Of a stretch of 52,407 nt of DNA, positions 21,901 to 29,932 are shown in pieces. Below the pieces are notes generated by a model, which was not told where the DNA came from, did not search any database, and worked only from the letters and a program-made list of their open reading frames with translations. Every line of letters begins with the position of its first letter. The stretch's first letter is position 1. The translations under genes were made by a program, and so were the position numbers. Source of the stretch: a virus (Duplodnaviria > Caudoviricetes); the IMG/VR virus record IMGVR_UViG_3300009008_003239, positions 1 to 52,407 of that record. The stretch is one strand, 5' to 3'.

Positions 21901-23220
21901 TTCTGTTTTTCTAGGCGCGTGGCCAAGAATGAAATAGTAATAACCCTCTGAATATCTTAGTGAGGGCGCTTCATTCAACGAACTCTCATTAAAGAATAGA
22001 TCTTCTTTGTCTCCGCCGGCAATAGTTTGTAGATTGTGCTTGCCGAAGTTGTAATACAACAAGCGAACGTCAACAGGATCCATTGTGATCCAATTATTAT
22101 TCTCCATTGGATTAATAGTTTGACTTCCAGGTACTGGTCGTGACGCTACAGACTCTAAATCAATAAGTTTTGCTCTTTCTGATATGTATGGATCCGGCTG
22201 GAGGCGCATTTTGCCTTCACGGATGCGAACATACTTGGCCTTTGTATACAAGACTCTATGTTGATTTTTGGTTATTTCATCCCATCTGGATTGCAATTGG
22301 CCGCCGACGGCGATGGGCTGCAAATCAGCCAATTTGGGGTCTACAGACACAAAACCAACCCACATGCCCGTCTCAGAAGGAACAATCTCTGTGATTGTTA
22401 TTTCTAGCCCTAGGGGTACTTCAACACCATTGCTTTCTTTATTGTCAGGCTTCCTTAGCATGCCCTTGTTGTCGACTAAAGAGTAATTTTTATCGTTCCA
22501 GCCACCTTGAAGGTCTTCTTCGTGAGGGGCTAGCCTGACTGGTAAATATGGATTTGATCTCGCACCGTCAGACATCTTCTCATTCATCAAAAAGCCAACA
22601 TAATGTACCTTGTTGCCAGTAGAGAAGTCAATAGAGTTTTCTAGGTTTATATCGCTGAAAATGGGTGTTGGGCCTAGGCCTTCGGTTTGAGCCAGCGGAA
22701 GGACATCTGCCTTTAAAGGCACTGCAAATTCTGGGAAGCTATCAAAAAACTCCGGCATAGCGTCCAAAACAAGGTCTAGCTGGTCACTAAGATCGTCCGG
22801 GGGCCCAAAGCCAAGAAGGTAGAGAGGGCCGTACTCAGAAGGTAGTGAAACTAAAGGATTTTCTTGTATAACCTTTATTTCTTCTACTATGTCTGCGACA
22901 ACAGAAGCAGCTTGATTTAGTTCAAGCTCGTCATATGGTTTTGGTGGCCACTGCTCAGAATTTTGTAATGCTGTTCCGCCCTCGCCCGATAGAGAATACG
23001 CCCTATCGGGGGTGAAATTTTCATCCACCCTTTGAACTGTGTCAAATTGTCCGTGGAGGTTGTTAATTTGCTGAGCTAATTTGACAGCATCAGGAAAATA
23101 AATCTCCGCGGAGGCGTCAGTGTCTGCTTTTACTTCGTCTTCCAGCACCTCCGAATAGAATTCATCTAGAACTGTACGAAGTTTATTCCAGGCTGTTGTT
23201 TTTTTTGCTAAATTAGCCAT
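12901..23220 (-). CDS. Giant (3439 aa) hypothetical virion protein
   Basis: Uninterrupted 10.3-kb ORF between the spike and gp25 genes. Acidic and apparently largely helical, with a Cys cluster and a C-terminal coiled coil followed by a Gly/Pro-rich hydrophobic tail. No recognised catalytic motif. Confidence 0.8.
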   Translation of the reverse strand: MANLAKKTTAWNKLRTVLDEFYSEVLEDEVKADTDASAEIYFPDAVKLAQQINNLHGQFDTVQRVDENFTPDRAYSLSGEGGTALQNSEQWPPKPYDELELNQAASVVADIVEEIKVIQENPLVSLPSEYGPLYLLGFGPPDDLSDQLDLVLDAMPEFFDSFPEFAVPLKADVLPLAQTEGLGPTPIFSDINLENSIDFSTGNKVHYVGFLMNEKMSDGARSNPYLPVRLAPHEEDLQGGWNDKNYSLVDNKGMLRKPDNKESNGVEVPLGLEITITEIVPSETGMWVGFVSVDPKLADLQPIAVGGQLQSRWDEITKNQHRVLYTKAKYVRIREGKMRLQPDPYISERAKLIDLESVASRPVPGSQTINPMENNNWITMDPVDVRLLYYNFGKHNLQTIAGGDKEDLFFNESSLNEAPSLRYSEGYYYFILGHAPRKTEAELINESGDPHLEEDTAKMDSAKSSSSIINTETIKQEAWNNLLNYLGKNTVGGNSNTYNQLYKKYFIPASQMTNTNTANPNNQKVLFAIRASYVDSLPDVRRPYISDFEPGSPFLNGNNYAVALTMKDVRERSKYLVDEVLIPLQNAINKSKATIENANGLAYDIQAQIDSMTDFPVLMDEFFRRQSFPASTNRSFVYDLVQESVETESDHLIQIGVKDNGEIGGDVRETISYVIFSPDPNSLKDVDKKDSNLFYFDPYLTDDELSGQKELKRSALPLRIALPYLRQELEGVYSSRTLHLFLAYDKIKKRLGSGPKDLQQKWMKFMHSYMVPPVRIWPSKDPSLIEPDELDCDEIIERLNQTSPSAGLEERLLQEKLYSSPKCKAKYFEQFKKDTPAVSPELTKQELERKSQAISQPGGSILQNQYVKALYTQFFNAIDTEAIISMIMACLQKKLGLEITAEAICEAAIIKLVENSGASTVEKIMIANALVSPDSPASQKFMESLGASPPFYGNNALTLDRSYNNAPLATAMLMSEKEPPSNVLTVKSLEKSGVPVELIPGKRPDGGKFVTVPDGTPGTFVANKFGGGNVFVEETYAQKEIDEEKQRLLERGYTEEEAKSLLVASGHLVPNPQQYEDFLGSDDFAESYRIQANMPSQSIYGASSYSGTQDLRASAAGAQNWLNFMKDSIGLASICELLVGTALDGLQDLLRDPGGFLAGGGSTSWWRSFKESLRRQFTGPTISMKFPTSLVTDNHMGNYGEMLFKTFLTLVGSILGQIVSMLIKNALEQCLEEDSDIGSAYNPSKILPPDIPIPTIERADLPSISGVEDARLIAWMKDIIDNVSPAQLCALLRGDATKKTLKDCLVRTSWHWKDIFAAGIDTQYEIRNIFQQLGEQLDLEICDFVESPPASYVDDLCSASFDRNARCLELANAGLTEEECEEQINKEIEDLKNKVIGLTNVGLLGANPLANSFPSMCGENGNFVIPPGVKDTMERITDNILLNVKGSLMIDMEGLKFFSAPPRALLALSDPKELESAHKMFVDAVRNPHKRECLVFIGDPNNHWEQFELTSYSTLLYPITYNEHIHYGNFSTFKTDDPVTLAQTLTDAQYEEAEKVKQENYDNKVTELENEFISGLSDLKDGLVPPIIGYEQMVQPNAFKGSDPVFVDNLSAPIYDWASLEPSYELIDDLIAEVSKPGLLDGEADLLMLSVGLLAVQEGNDALAAQIQNYQDIPSSADEYATSKYNEYVDALAAQAGQANITLKTAAEGGGFIFDDDGHVQKLKEYFVSSSTYKPDDFFESTDFVPVHIGYLQPDNVFFEGAATHISIGNMAGLIGSDQEVKTYLEDSLVAQVAGPPLIRQIDQEFTKPIKPLILDRMALSFNQVINSPIYSVENGGNTIEAFPGHINKDNIYNHQNLRKVWPLSTKLKDIGVMQPTGIATGTDETTWYAMLRNFTGCDIRFNETTVEYFPFSWLNAGIQSDTNIKLFSSNTLDPENPTKFYEEFEERLSPANAGGSAIQDNNRHWYNWMRISPGLRRLLPILFDLSQSQEGTSNVRLTRAFMELTLGEALGLTSDRLSKIFPNMGDEISMSLGVVLGFSSENIYTNVVKKISAPNTEMAPPEDITGRSPWWGEGFFGTDDFKVTADEYAQDFPQYFPRFLVIEKQFRDPESPLNADSKSMTEHFSLNKEKVNKELYEDFFAPFPAYMGFDDSPQNQSLDLRKQITKLETQDNFNPNILKYELPFAEVTSKSTAGLDGQAKTKEIVDLFSGTNTNEQLNSLAEQLEVVNLNRSLINQNISVPIEENLTSQIGGLKNVSKVIKAAINIDNATAKVPPNAITETSNIYKKIFNFNFGSKLDEDVKSLLDTIYSGATAETLLDIYNETHSDIVIDEIQGPDKEDVSVYSLDQYNFKAQVFGELLLHKFFEKFDKYYDSGTQTNDDKTWIDENLNGFKKKLRFVLSTYGYSSLQYAYSTQFFSKLKSSRLHERGFMKQIWKKVLQSPITSNAVDAKCQDLFRTLDAPSMQELNETVSDFFKIEDVKTKILEYYESALCRDVFENGSADENAVRVSLLEGMVLLVIKVYILELCLAAVISWDSLDLEDVFEDDLTIGIVIENILKDFPDYERLLHAANNILKKEQTLSEVEFAEIKQKQSSLEYLIKRESGNIAAIIKEMFSNSNPLTTDLQIDLLKNSDADFINEFAENINNNIDLYPTHIYSALFATGNFEYVVDARLKNNIYTMNYGSADHNDLVNVDFSRAGANNGVKSDIFGLSGQDKNNKNYLHSPPMSFYRDPNDNDDNRTTQNYAGKPNDTKNSNWAARAHWADKDPTTPQINDIVGHQRGLLGFADPFSKENFLETTPGNNLNAKLGNVTFQPYVRIVDYAPGEVRPYVAKIYSEVLPNGKPCEGAVEIGEVNINDIDIYHSMMLPREDTNNIFKCHMHDCIPLTAWNYYFNNIFMKMVFEYTDASGLNPLIALYNEHGLKPFFKEVSFGMRMVYSTAYPVDGEIDDSDNFVTFMNTAFKNNPRALKASKCMLGHRPYSIYSQSDTHKKVLRELQVPIVEVERKLEFIQGLQLFEIGRDVYKLSDLGYWHPNHANLSTNSDKKKLLDLGNKSYVGSLVNNHSQFFYKNLANDMLLEIKNSPEFKLMYDYLFPMKRYMALSFVVASDGLSKFIPEPTDVLDRTKDSLKSIIDSLVNSVDYKHLPDPIANMLAQRLIRSNGGTSGKDPDMTKEILRIIWRTSLMILKGFVEMTDPAIIIAKNIIDIANAIQAATIAAIKKGIAIAKQTLQSGIDGSKNVLLNLELSLGIAAGTLNAQKTALPKVGDLDLSEKVTLNTDGSIIDEGTNTLRWQIEAKSLTPDERSKLSEDQLAEWDNFKKLLADAKKDLEEYGTVHKELKELESDLSDLEATAGKKIAEAEEIMKDVFSSPFLLPGMWAAMMPSILPYGGGLVPPPFVGGPPSTVPGMIYLALLLIDAYEEKIHDDMQKLDSSCEDQL

Positions 23221-23227
23221 TATTTTT

Positions 23228-24607
23228 TTAATTAACCTTGTTTAAACGACTATTGATGAAGCTCTCGCCACTCTCCGAAAGGAAGTTGTGCTTCACACCT
23301 TGTATATTGGTTATGTGCTTCAAGATAGATAATTCAGTTCTTGCTGCAGATTCAATATCAACCTTTATGCCGCCCAAAACTGTTTCCGCGGAAGGAAGAT
23401 CTCGAAGAGCGTAGAACGGAGACACGTGTGTGTGCTGCGCAACTGCTTGATTATACTTCATTTGATATTTCACGTAACCGTGCATTATTTTGGCCAAAGC
23501 TTCCACATTTTGCAATATAGTAATTAATGCTAATTGCAAATTATCACCCAAAACTATTGGCTGCAATGTCGTTGTGTCGTTCATGGCCACAAGTTCGATG
23601 CCGCTCTTTGCTAGAGATGCTCCATTCTGGGAGTTTTTTCTATCAGTACCTGTAACCAGTCTAATACTCTCCCTACCTATGACTCTAATATTGTCAGCCT
23701 TCAAAGCAATGCCAGACTTGGCGCCATATTTTCCAATATATTTCTCGTCTAAAGTTTTGCTTTCTTGACCTTGTGATTCTTGATTGCCAAATTCACCAAT
23801 CTGAAAATTCTTGTCGATATCTGTCTTTTGCGAAACATATATTCTAGCCGCGTCTATTTCAAAACTAGGGCTTTGTTCTTCCATCTCGTTAGGCGATGGG
23901 CCACCTAGGCCGGCGACGATATCGATAGCGTCACACTGAGTATGGCCTTTACCGCCATAGCCTGTGTGTAGTTTGTCAACTCGGTCATTTCCGATAACTA
24001 TAAATGCGTTATTATCCACGCCGCGGCGCACGTCCTCGCAGGCGGCTTTTTTCCGCGGAACCAGAGCCTGCAAGCGGAGATCACCAAAAACACCACTGAT
24101 TCCGCGTTCAGCTTTTTGCTCTTCAGTTAGTTTTTCATATTCTGCGCGGCGCGCCGGTGATACGCCAGATATGTCACGAGCAGGTTTTGTTGTTTTTGTA
24201 GCCTGCGCGCGCTTGGTGTGTTTCTTTTCGTAAAGGGAGCTTCCGGGTGTGTCAAAAGCCCTAATATCTTTTTCATTGTATAGTTGATCCGTACCAGATG
24301 TGTCAGTAACGCCACCAACAACACTTTTATCTTCAGCGGCGCCCTTAAAGCCTCCCACTTCGTAATCAGTCTGCGCCTTAAACGTACCATCTTCAAACGG
24401 ATTTTTCCCCTTCTCGCCGTTGACTGTTGATTTAGGGTACTGAGACTTTAATTTCTCATAATGAGCTTTTGCGTCATTGGGGTCTGTGGTGTTGAATGAT
24501 TCTTTTATTTGTCCAGAGCCAAGATCTACAACATCGAAACTAAAATATGTCTTTTCTCCAGATGATGCTCCAACTTTTACTGTGCTTACCGTTATGTCTG
24601 TTGCCAT
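23228..24607 (-). CDS. Baseplate central spike protein (gp5 C-terminal/gpV-like) with HxH tip motif
   Basis: 459 aa. Beta-rich DAARIYVSQKTDID...SGIALKADNIRVIGRESIRLVTG, then QPIVLGDNL and AQHTHVSPF (His-x-His metal-binding apex as in P2 gpV/phi92 gp138). Confidence 0.65.
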   Translation of the reverse strand: MATDITVSTVKVGASSGEKTYFSFDVVDLGSGQIKESFNTTDPNDAKAHYEKLKSQYPKSTVNGEKGKNPFEDGTFKAQTDYEVGGFKGAAEDKSVVGGVTDTSGTDQLYNEKDIRAFDTPGSSLYEKKHTKRAQATKTTKPARDISGVSPARRAEYEKLTEEQKAERGISGVFGDLRLQALVPRKKAACEDVRRGVDNNAFIVIGNDRVDKLHTGYGGKGHTQCDAIDIVAGLGGPSPNEMEEQSPSFEIDAARIYVSQKTDIDKNFQIGEFGNQESQGQESKTLDEKYIGKYGAKSGIALKADNIRVIGRESIRLVTGTDRKNSQNGASLAKSGIELVAMNDTTTLQPIVLGDNLQLALITILQNVEALAKIMHGYVKYQMKYNQAVAQHTHVSPFYALRDLPSAETVLGGIKVDIESAARTELSILKHITNIQGVKHNFLSESGESFINSRLNKVN

Positions 24608-27600
24608 TATAATTCTCCGGGCTCATCTGGCTTTTTGATCTCTTTCCACCTAATAACAGAGCCGCCGGCCCAATAGTGGAAATGCATGTGGTCTTCTATT
24701 CTGGAATTCCAAGAAATTGCCTTAACTCGATCAACAATGTTATCAATACCAAAAATAGTCGATATTCTCTTTTTTTCCTCTTCTGACCATACTTTACCAC
24801 CTCGCCAGCGTTTTTTTAAGAAAGAGCCGTTGCCCCACTTCATGCCAGACTTTTCGCAAAACAGTATAACCCAAGAAACTGGGTCTGATCCTGGCGGCAC
24901 TATGATCGATCCTTTCGATTTTTCCATTATTTTTATGTATTTTTTTCGTCCTGTTTGCGATTCTCCACCACCTTTATAACTGCTAGGCGCCGCTTTCCAA
25001 TTTTCAGCCATTCTTGGCCTATTTTCACCCTCGTAGGCGTTCTTTAACAGTAAAGAGGGGCTGTGTTTGTAGACGCCGAGGCGCCACAACTCAAGACCAT
25101 GCTTGTCGAGAAAGCCTGGAGACCAAGCGCCTGTAAAAACACTATTAAGTGCTTCATCTTTCTTTTTGTAGCCAGTTATATAAGGATCTACGTCAAAAGC
25201 CATGCCGAACGCGTGCAAGGACACACCAGCTATATAAGCCGTAGTCCCCGGTGGACCGTCTTGAAAGCCGCGAATACCTGTAGCCACTTCAAATGGGTGA
25301 TATTTCGTCTCATTTGAAGCTTCTTTCCATGCTTTCTCTATTTTTGGCGCCAAACAGGCCCAGATCGGAGGACTCTCCTTCGTAGTTATTTGTCCATTTG
25401 CCCCTCGGGCTGGATATTTAAATCCAACTGTTTTATATCCTTCAATAAGGTGGATTTTTGTTTTGGTCTTCGAACTTCTACCAGTAAAAGAAAACTCTGA
25501 TTTTTGTGGATAGTACTTAATCATTGTTTGTAATTCTTGGAATGTTGCAGGAGTTACTGGAAGGGGATCCAAACACACAGCGTCTGGTGCAGGGGGTGTT
25601 TTTGTGGGGGTCGGTGGCGCTTCTACCAAATCGGCGCGACGCGTTGGTTGTGGCTCACATTCTTTGGGTTTTTTGATTTCTTCAGGTTTAATCCTATTAA
25701 TGGCGTATTCAATTTTCTTCTTAATCTTAACATACGCATGTTGTGCAGATATCAAACCAGCATTAACTGCCAATGTTCCAGAATTCGGAGCTTCGCCAAA
25801 AATTTCTGCTGTATTTTGAAAATTTGAAATCTTAAATTCTTTTTTATAATTGTCCCACATGCTTTGCCAAGAAACACCAGCGGCATTTGTCTTTTTGATA
25901 TCAACTTTGCTAGATTTTAAAAGCTTGTCAACTTGATTTTTTAATTTTATAAGTTCGTCTCTATTGCTAATAATTGCCTGGATGTCTCTCTCAAATGAAT
26001 CGAGTAAGAATGTCTCCATGTAGTCTTTTTTCTTCTCTAAATAATCTATGTAACTCTTAAAAAACAGACTGCTAGTGTCTAACTTGAACTCACCATCTTT
26101 GCAGTACACGGAGTATCTCTCTATGTTGCAAACATCATCAGAGCCTTTTACCAACTCTTTAATCAATATCTCAAAATCTTTTATGGCCGGCTCCAAAGTT
26201 GCTCTCTTTTTGAGAATCTTTTCTCGATCTGATAGCGATGGCTTTGTAGAGAGGGCATATGCATGATCCGGAACACCGTCAAAAGATGGCTTAAGTTTTG
26301 TATTTGCATCAGGCTTCATAGGGTACTTTCTAAAGCTAGCTAAAAAGTCATTAACCATCGAAAAAGCATAACCAGCCCTAGTTCGTTTTGTCCCTGAATC
26401 TGGCGGAGACACGTGCATACTTATAAAGGATTCACCAGAGAAACCTTCCTTCGCAAAAAAAGAAAACTTTCTTTGGCCCAAACCAGATGCACTCTTGGAG
26501 TGTGTTTTATATTGTTCTATCTTGCCAACATTATTAAAAAAAGAACTCCATTCTTTTGTAGTTGGCGACATGACATAATTAAATTCTGTGTATTTGTCGT
26601 CGGTCCTTTCCTGCAGAAAGTCTCTCCACAAAGTAGTAGACGGAGAGGTACCCTGGCCGAAAAAATAGTCATATGGCCCAGGTGAATCCAATAGTTCATC
26701 CGTAATATAATCTATTCTAACTCTCCGACCGACGAGTGCACTTTTAAACGATGTCGTTGCTTTTGAGTGTGTTTCACTGTTTGGTATCTTCTTTACTATG
26801 GATGCTAATGCCAATGCCCCCAAGCCATCGGCGACGAAAGAGATCAGGCCGTCTTCATGCATCACCTTATCAGATATCGTTCCCAAATGCTCATCCAATA
26901 CCTCAAGTACTTCCCGGTGGAAATCGCCAAAACGACCTCCCGTAAAACTACCGTCAAAAGTTGCGAACTCGCGCTCTCTAATCGGTGTTATGTTCAACAA
27001 GTTTTTTGTAGCCTCTATTTTCAAAGACGATAAATAGTTTTTCATTGCTGGGCGTATAGCAGAAGACGAATTTGTTCTTATTGTGATACCACTCTTCTTT
27101 CCATGTAGGACCGGTTCACCTGATATCATCTTATTGATCCTATTGGTGCCACCGTTTCCATTGCCAAATCCTCTCGAATATGCCATCTCTGGGATTACCA
27201 GCACATAATTTCGGCCAGCGCGATTTAAGTCCTTGATGGCCGGGCCTATTTTCTCTCTAAAATCATTCCCAGGGACAACTGCATTGCTCCTGGCTTGCTC
27301 AATGGTTGTATTGGGCCCATGAATATGCGCGTGTCCGAAGCCAGCCATGTCGTGAAAATAGTATTTTATTTCTATAGGAGCAGTCAAATCTAGTGTCATT
27401 GGCGCATATATGATGGTCTCCCTACCTTGACCAAGTGGACGGTCTAAAAGGTCCATATATCCATTGTTTTTTAATGTGCCAGTCCAAATAAACGCGTTTG
27501 TATCTCCAGGGGCTGGGCCTGGAATCGAATGCTTTAAAGAGATCGTGGATTCCTTAAGCGCTTCGACAAAGTGTGCTTTTGTTTGAGCAGTTCCGGCGCC

Positions 27601-28350
27601 ATAAACGCCAGTTTTGATGTGCCCTTTGATTTTTCTTATTGGCGGACCTATAGAAACATTTGGATCCGGCTCTGTGTGGCCGATGAACAAGCCACCAGCC
27701 AAGCCGACGTTCCTGGCGGTCTTACAATCTGGGGATAACGACTTTCTCGGAGATAATTTTGTAAGTATTTCAGACGCGGCGCCAATACTATGTACACCAA
27801 TAATCTTTCCGGCGGGGCGGCCATTAAAACCAGTAAGGTTTTCAGTATTCGAATATTGAACATAGATGACTGAACCTACTGTGATCTTCTCCAACTCAGC
27901 ATCAGGGAAGTGCATCTGGTGGAATTCAGCATGCGCATCGATACGTGCGCGGTCTTCTTTGTCTTTGGGCCAGTCAATATCAACATCAAACTCCGGAATT
28001 TTTGCTATTACTTTTATCGGCGGCCTTTCATTGGCCTTTTCTTTTGTTTCAGTTAGTGGATTGGGATGGCTCTTTATATTGACTGTTTTTGTTTTTTGAC
28101 CTCCACGCGTGGCGGCTTCATTTTGCAATTGAGGTCCGGACAGCACCTCAAGAACCACAGCAGCATACGGACCAGTACCATCTACTATATCGTAGCTATA
28201 GTGTTTGCCGAACACAGATGCCAAAGTAGTGGTGAAGCTTTGTGATTCGCTATATCTAGACTCAAAAATACTGCGATTTATTTCGTTGAGTTCGCCGATA
28301 TCAAGATTGCGAAAGCGTTCCCAATTTTCTGCTGGCTTTGTGTTCGACAT
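24607..28350 (-). CDS. Baseplate hub protein: N-terminal gp5-like OB fold, central alpha/beta-hydrolase-like region, C-terminal M15-family zinc peptidase
   Basis: 1247 aa. SLHAFGMAFDV (SxHxxGxAxD) and terminal EDHMHFHY are M15/LAS peptidase motifs. N-terminal KVIAKIPE...TVGSVIYVQY resembles the gp5 OB fold. GAGG SD; TAATG-coupled to the spike gene. Confidence 0.65.
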   Translation of the reverse strand: MSNTKPAENWERFRNLDIGELNEINRSIFESRYSESQSFTTTLASVFGKHYSYDIVDGTGPYAAVVLEVLSGPQLQNEAATRGGQKTKTVNIKSHPNPLTETKEKANERPPIKVIAKIPEFDVDIDWPKDKEDRARIDAHAEFHQMHFPDAELEKITVGSVIYVQYSNTENLTGFNGRPAGKIIGVHSIGAASEILTKLSPRKSLSPDCKTARNVGLAGGLFIGHTEPDPNVSIGPPIRKIKGHIKTGVYGAGTAQTKAHFVEALKESTISLKHSIPGPAPGDTNAFIWTGTLKNNGYMDLLDRPLGQGRETIIYAPMTLDLTAPIEIKYYFHDMAGFGHAHIHGPNTTIEQARSNAVVPGNDFREKIGPAIKDLNRAGRNYVLVIPEMAYSRGFGNGNGGTNRINKMISGEPVLHGKKSGITIRTNSSSAIRPAMKNYLSSLKIEATKNLLNITPIREREFATFDGSFTGGRFGDFHREVLEVLDEHLGTISDKVMHEDGLISFVADGLGALALASIVKKIPNSETHSKATTSFKSALVGRRVRIDYITDELLDSPGPYDYFFGQGTSPSTTLWRDFLQERTDDKYTEFNYVMSPTTKEWSSFFNNVGKIEQYKTHSKSASGLGQRKFSFFAKEGFSGESFISMHVSPPDSGTKRTRAGYAFSMVNDFLASFRKYPMKPDANTKLKPSFDGVPDHAYALSTKPSLSDREKILKKRATLEPAIKDFEILIKELVKGSDDVCNIERYSVYCKDGEFKLDTSSLFFKSYIDYLEKKKDYMETFLLDSFERDIQAIISNRDELIKLKNQVDKLLKSSKVDIKKTNAAGVSWQSMWDNYKKEFKISNFQNTAEIFGEAPNSGTLAVNAGLISAQHAYVKIKKKIEYAINRIKPEEIKKPKECEPQPTRRADLVEAPPTPTKTPPAPDAVCLDPLPVTPATFQELQTMIKYYPQKSEFSFTGRSSKTKTKIHLIEGYKTVGFKYPARGANGQITTKESPPIWACLAPKIEKAWKEASNETKYHPFEVATGIRGFQDGPPGTTAYIAGVSLHAFGMAFDVDPYITGYKKKDEALNSVFTGAWSPGFLDKHGLELWRLGVYKHSPSLLLKNAYEGENRPRMAENWKAAPSSYKGGGESQTGRKKYIKIMEKSKGSIIVPPGSDPVSWVILFCEKSGMKWGNGSFLKKRWRGGKVWSEEEKKRISTIFGIDNIVDRVKAISWNSRIEDHMHFHYWAGGSVIRWKEIKKPDEPGEL

Positions 28351-28365
28351 TAATTTTGGGCCTCG

Positions 28366-28665
28366 CTATTCTTCGTCTTTTATCATCTCATAAATATCTG
28401 ACTTTTCTAGTGCGCTGAGTCCTTGTGAGACACCCTCTTTTTTACTTAAAAGGGCTGCCAGCTTAACCATTTGTTCATTGGATCTTTGCAGAGTTTCCAA
28501 GTATTTTGCGGCAACAGGGCCGGAATACTGGTGCTTTGTCTCATCTTGTTTAAGAATTTTCATTAGTTCCACCAAAAGTGTGGCTGCCATGGCTCGGTCG
28601 TCGCGACAGTTCGAGATAGCCTCTTCAATGAATTCTTGTGATTTTAAAAGTTTCCCTTTTCCCAT
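28366..28665 (-). CDS. Hypothetical protein (helical, 99 aa)
   Basis: ATG ORF overlapping the end of the sigma factor gene, co-oriented, filling the gap before the hub gene. Confidence 0.75.
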   Translation of the reverse strand: MGKGKLLKSQEFIEEAISNCRDDRAMAATLLVELMKILKQDETKHQYSGPVAAKYLETLQRSNEQMVKLAALLSKKEGVSQGLSALEKSDIYEMIKDEE

Positions 28666-29345
28666 TCGGTTTTAAATGTCCTATATCTTTTTCTTATGCG
28701 GTTGAGGTTGTTGACGATTTGTTTAGTATTTAACCCAGTAATTTCCCGCATGTACAAATAAATAGCTTTTTTGTTAAAAATTTCTATTTCTTCAATGCTG
28801 TTGAAAAGAATGCGAATGGCATCAAGAACCTTTTTTTCATTATCTTTTAATTTTAACTTTTCCCAACCATCGATCTCTTTGAACAGGAGCGTCCAGAACT
28901 CAAACCGTTCTCTATCGTCTAAATACGTGTTATGTGATATTAAACAGGTTTGCGCTTCTTGCCCGTTAAGATCTTCATATTGTACGTCTCTTTTGAGTCT
29001 CTTGGAATTTTGTTTTACTTTGTGAATAAACCAGTTTTTTGTAATAACGCTAAAATACGAGAACGCCTTAGATTTTCGATTTGGATCATACTTGTCAAGA
29101 ATTGTTATCAACCACAACTTGCAATCATCTTTTAAATAATCGATGTTTGGCAAAGTTGTAAACTTGTATGTATAGACTATCTTATCCACCATCTCATCAA
29201 ACGCTGGACCTATCAAGCCTATGTAAAGTTCTGTTCTTTCTTTTTTGCAGTCTGACAAAGCATAATTTATGATTGCCTTCTCGTGGACCTTGGTAAAATA
29301 ATCGTTTTTACGCCTCGGTCGCCTCTTCCTCTTCACTTGAGTCAT
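28644..29345 (-). CDS. RNA polymerase sigma factor, T4 gp55-like late sigma
   Basis: Region-2-like LDKYDPNRKSKAFSYFSVITKNWFI and N-terminal NDYFT motif as in gp55-type sigmas. C-terminal HTH-like segment (YLYMREITGLNTKQIVNNLNRIR). Start moved to ATG 29345 (GAGG upstream) from TTG 29351. Confidence 0.7.
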   Translation of the reverse strand: MTQVKRKRRPRRKNDYFTKVHEKAIINYALSDCKKERTELYIGLIGPAFDEMVDKIVYTYKFTTLPNIDYLKDDCKLWLITILDKYDPNRKSKAFSYFSVITKNWFIHKVKQNSKRLKRDVQYEDLNGQEAQTCLISHNTYLDDRERFEFWTLLFKEIDGWEKLKLKDNEKKVLDAIRILFNSIEEIEIFNKKAIYLYMREITGLNTKQIVNNLNRIRKRYRTFKTEWEKGNF

Positions 29346-29691
29346 CCTCAACCTCTACGTCAAAATACACTTCTTGGAAATCAATAAATTCATTTATAAG
29401 CTCTTTCGAATGTGTTAATAAGTTTTGCAAATCTTCATCGCCGTAATATGTCTCTAGGCCATAAAGATTTTCTAAATGATCGGAGAATCGTTCTATCTTG
29501 TCGGACATGTCAACGATATTTCCTTCTATGTTGTTTTTCTCAACCAACAACCTTTGTACCCACCAGCATAAAAATACAATAGTTAAAATACTAATATACA
29601 ACAACAATGGGAGTAGTCCAACTACAAAAGCTAAAAGCACCCCGTTTAGAACAAGGGACACGCCAAGTAGGATTTTATTTATTTGGGTCAT
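29308..29691 (-). CDS. Hypothetical membrane protein with coiled coil and acidic tail
   Basis: Long hydrophobic stretch ILLGVSLVLNGVLLAFVVGLLPLLLYISILTIVFLCWW. Probable start ATG 29691. Confidence 0.7.
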   Translation of the reverse strand: MTQINKILLGVSLVLNGVLLAFVVGLLPLLLYISILTIVFLCWWVQRLLVEKNNIEGNIVDMSDKIERFSDHLENLYGLETYYGDEDLQNLLTHSKELINEFIDFQEVYFDVEVEDDSSEEEEATEA

Positions 29692-29932
29692 GTTCACTTT
29701 GTAATTCCTTCTTTTGTTGGACAAGTTCTTCTTGTAGTTCTTTAATGGTACTCTTTACCAACGAGCCAACTTCATTGACGGTGTTCTCTTTTTGAACATT
29801 AAAGCTTGTAGGTAGGCGTTCTAAAGCACCTGTTTTGTTGCACCGATCGCAATCAACCAATTCCTCTGTCATTGAATGGAAGGCTTCAAATTTTTCGCTG
29901 CAGCGTGTGCACCTATAGACATACTTAGGCAT
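29675..29932 (-). CDS. FmdB-family zinc-ribbon protein
   Basis: MPKYVYRCTRCSEKFEAFHSM...CDRC matches the MPxYxYxCxxC...CxxC FmdB pattern. Confidence 0.85.
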   Translation of the reverse strand: MPKYVYRCTRCSEKFEAFHSMTEELVDCDRCNKTGALERLPTSFNVQKENTVNEVGSLVKSTIKELQEELVQQKKELQSEHDPNK

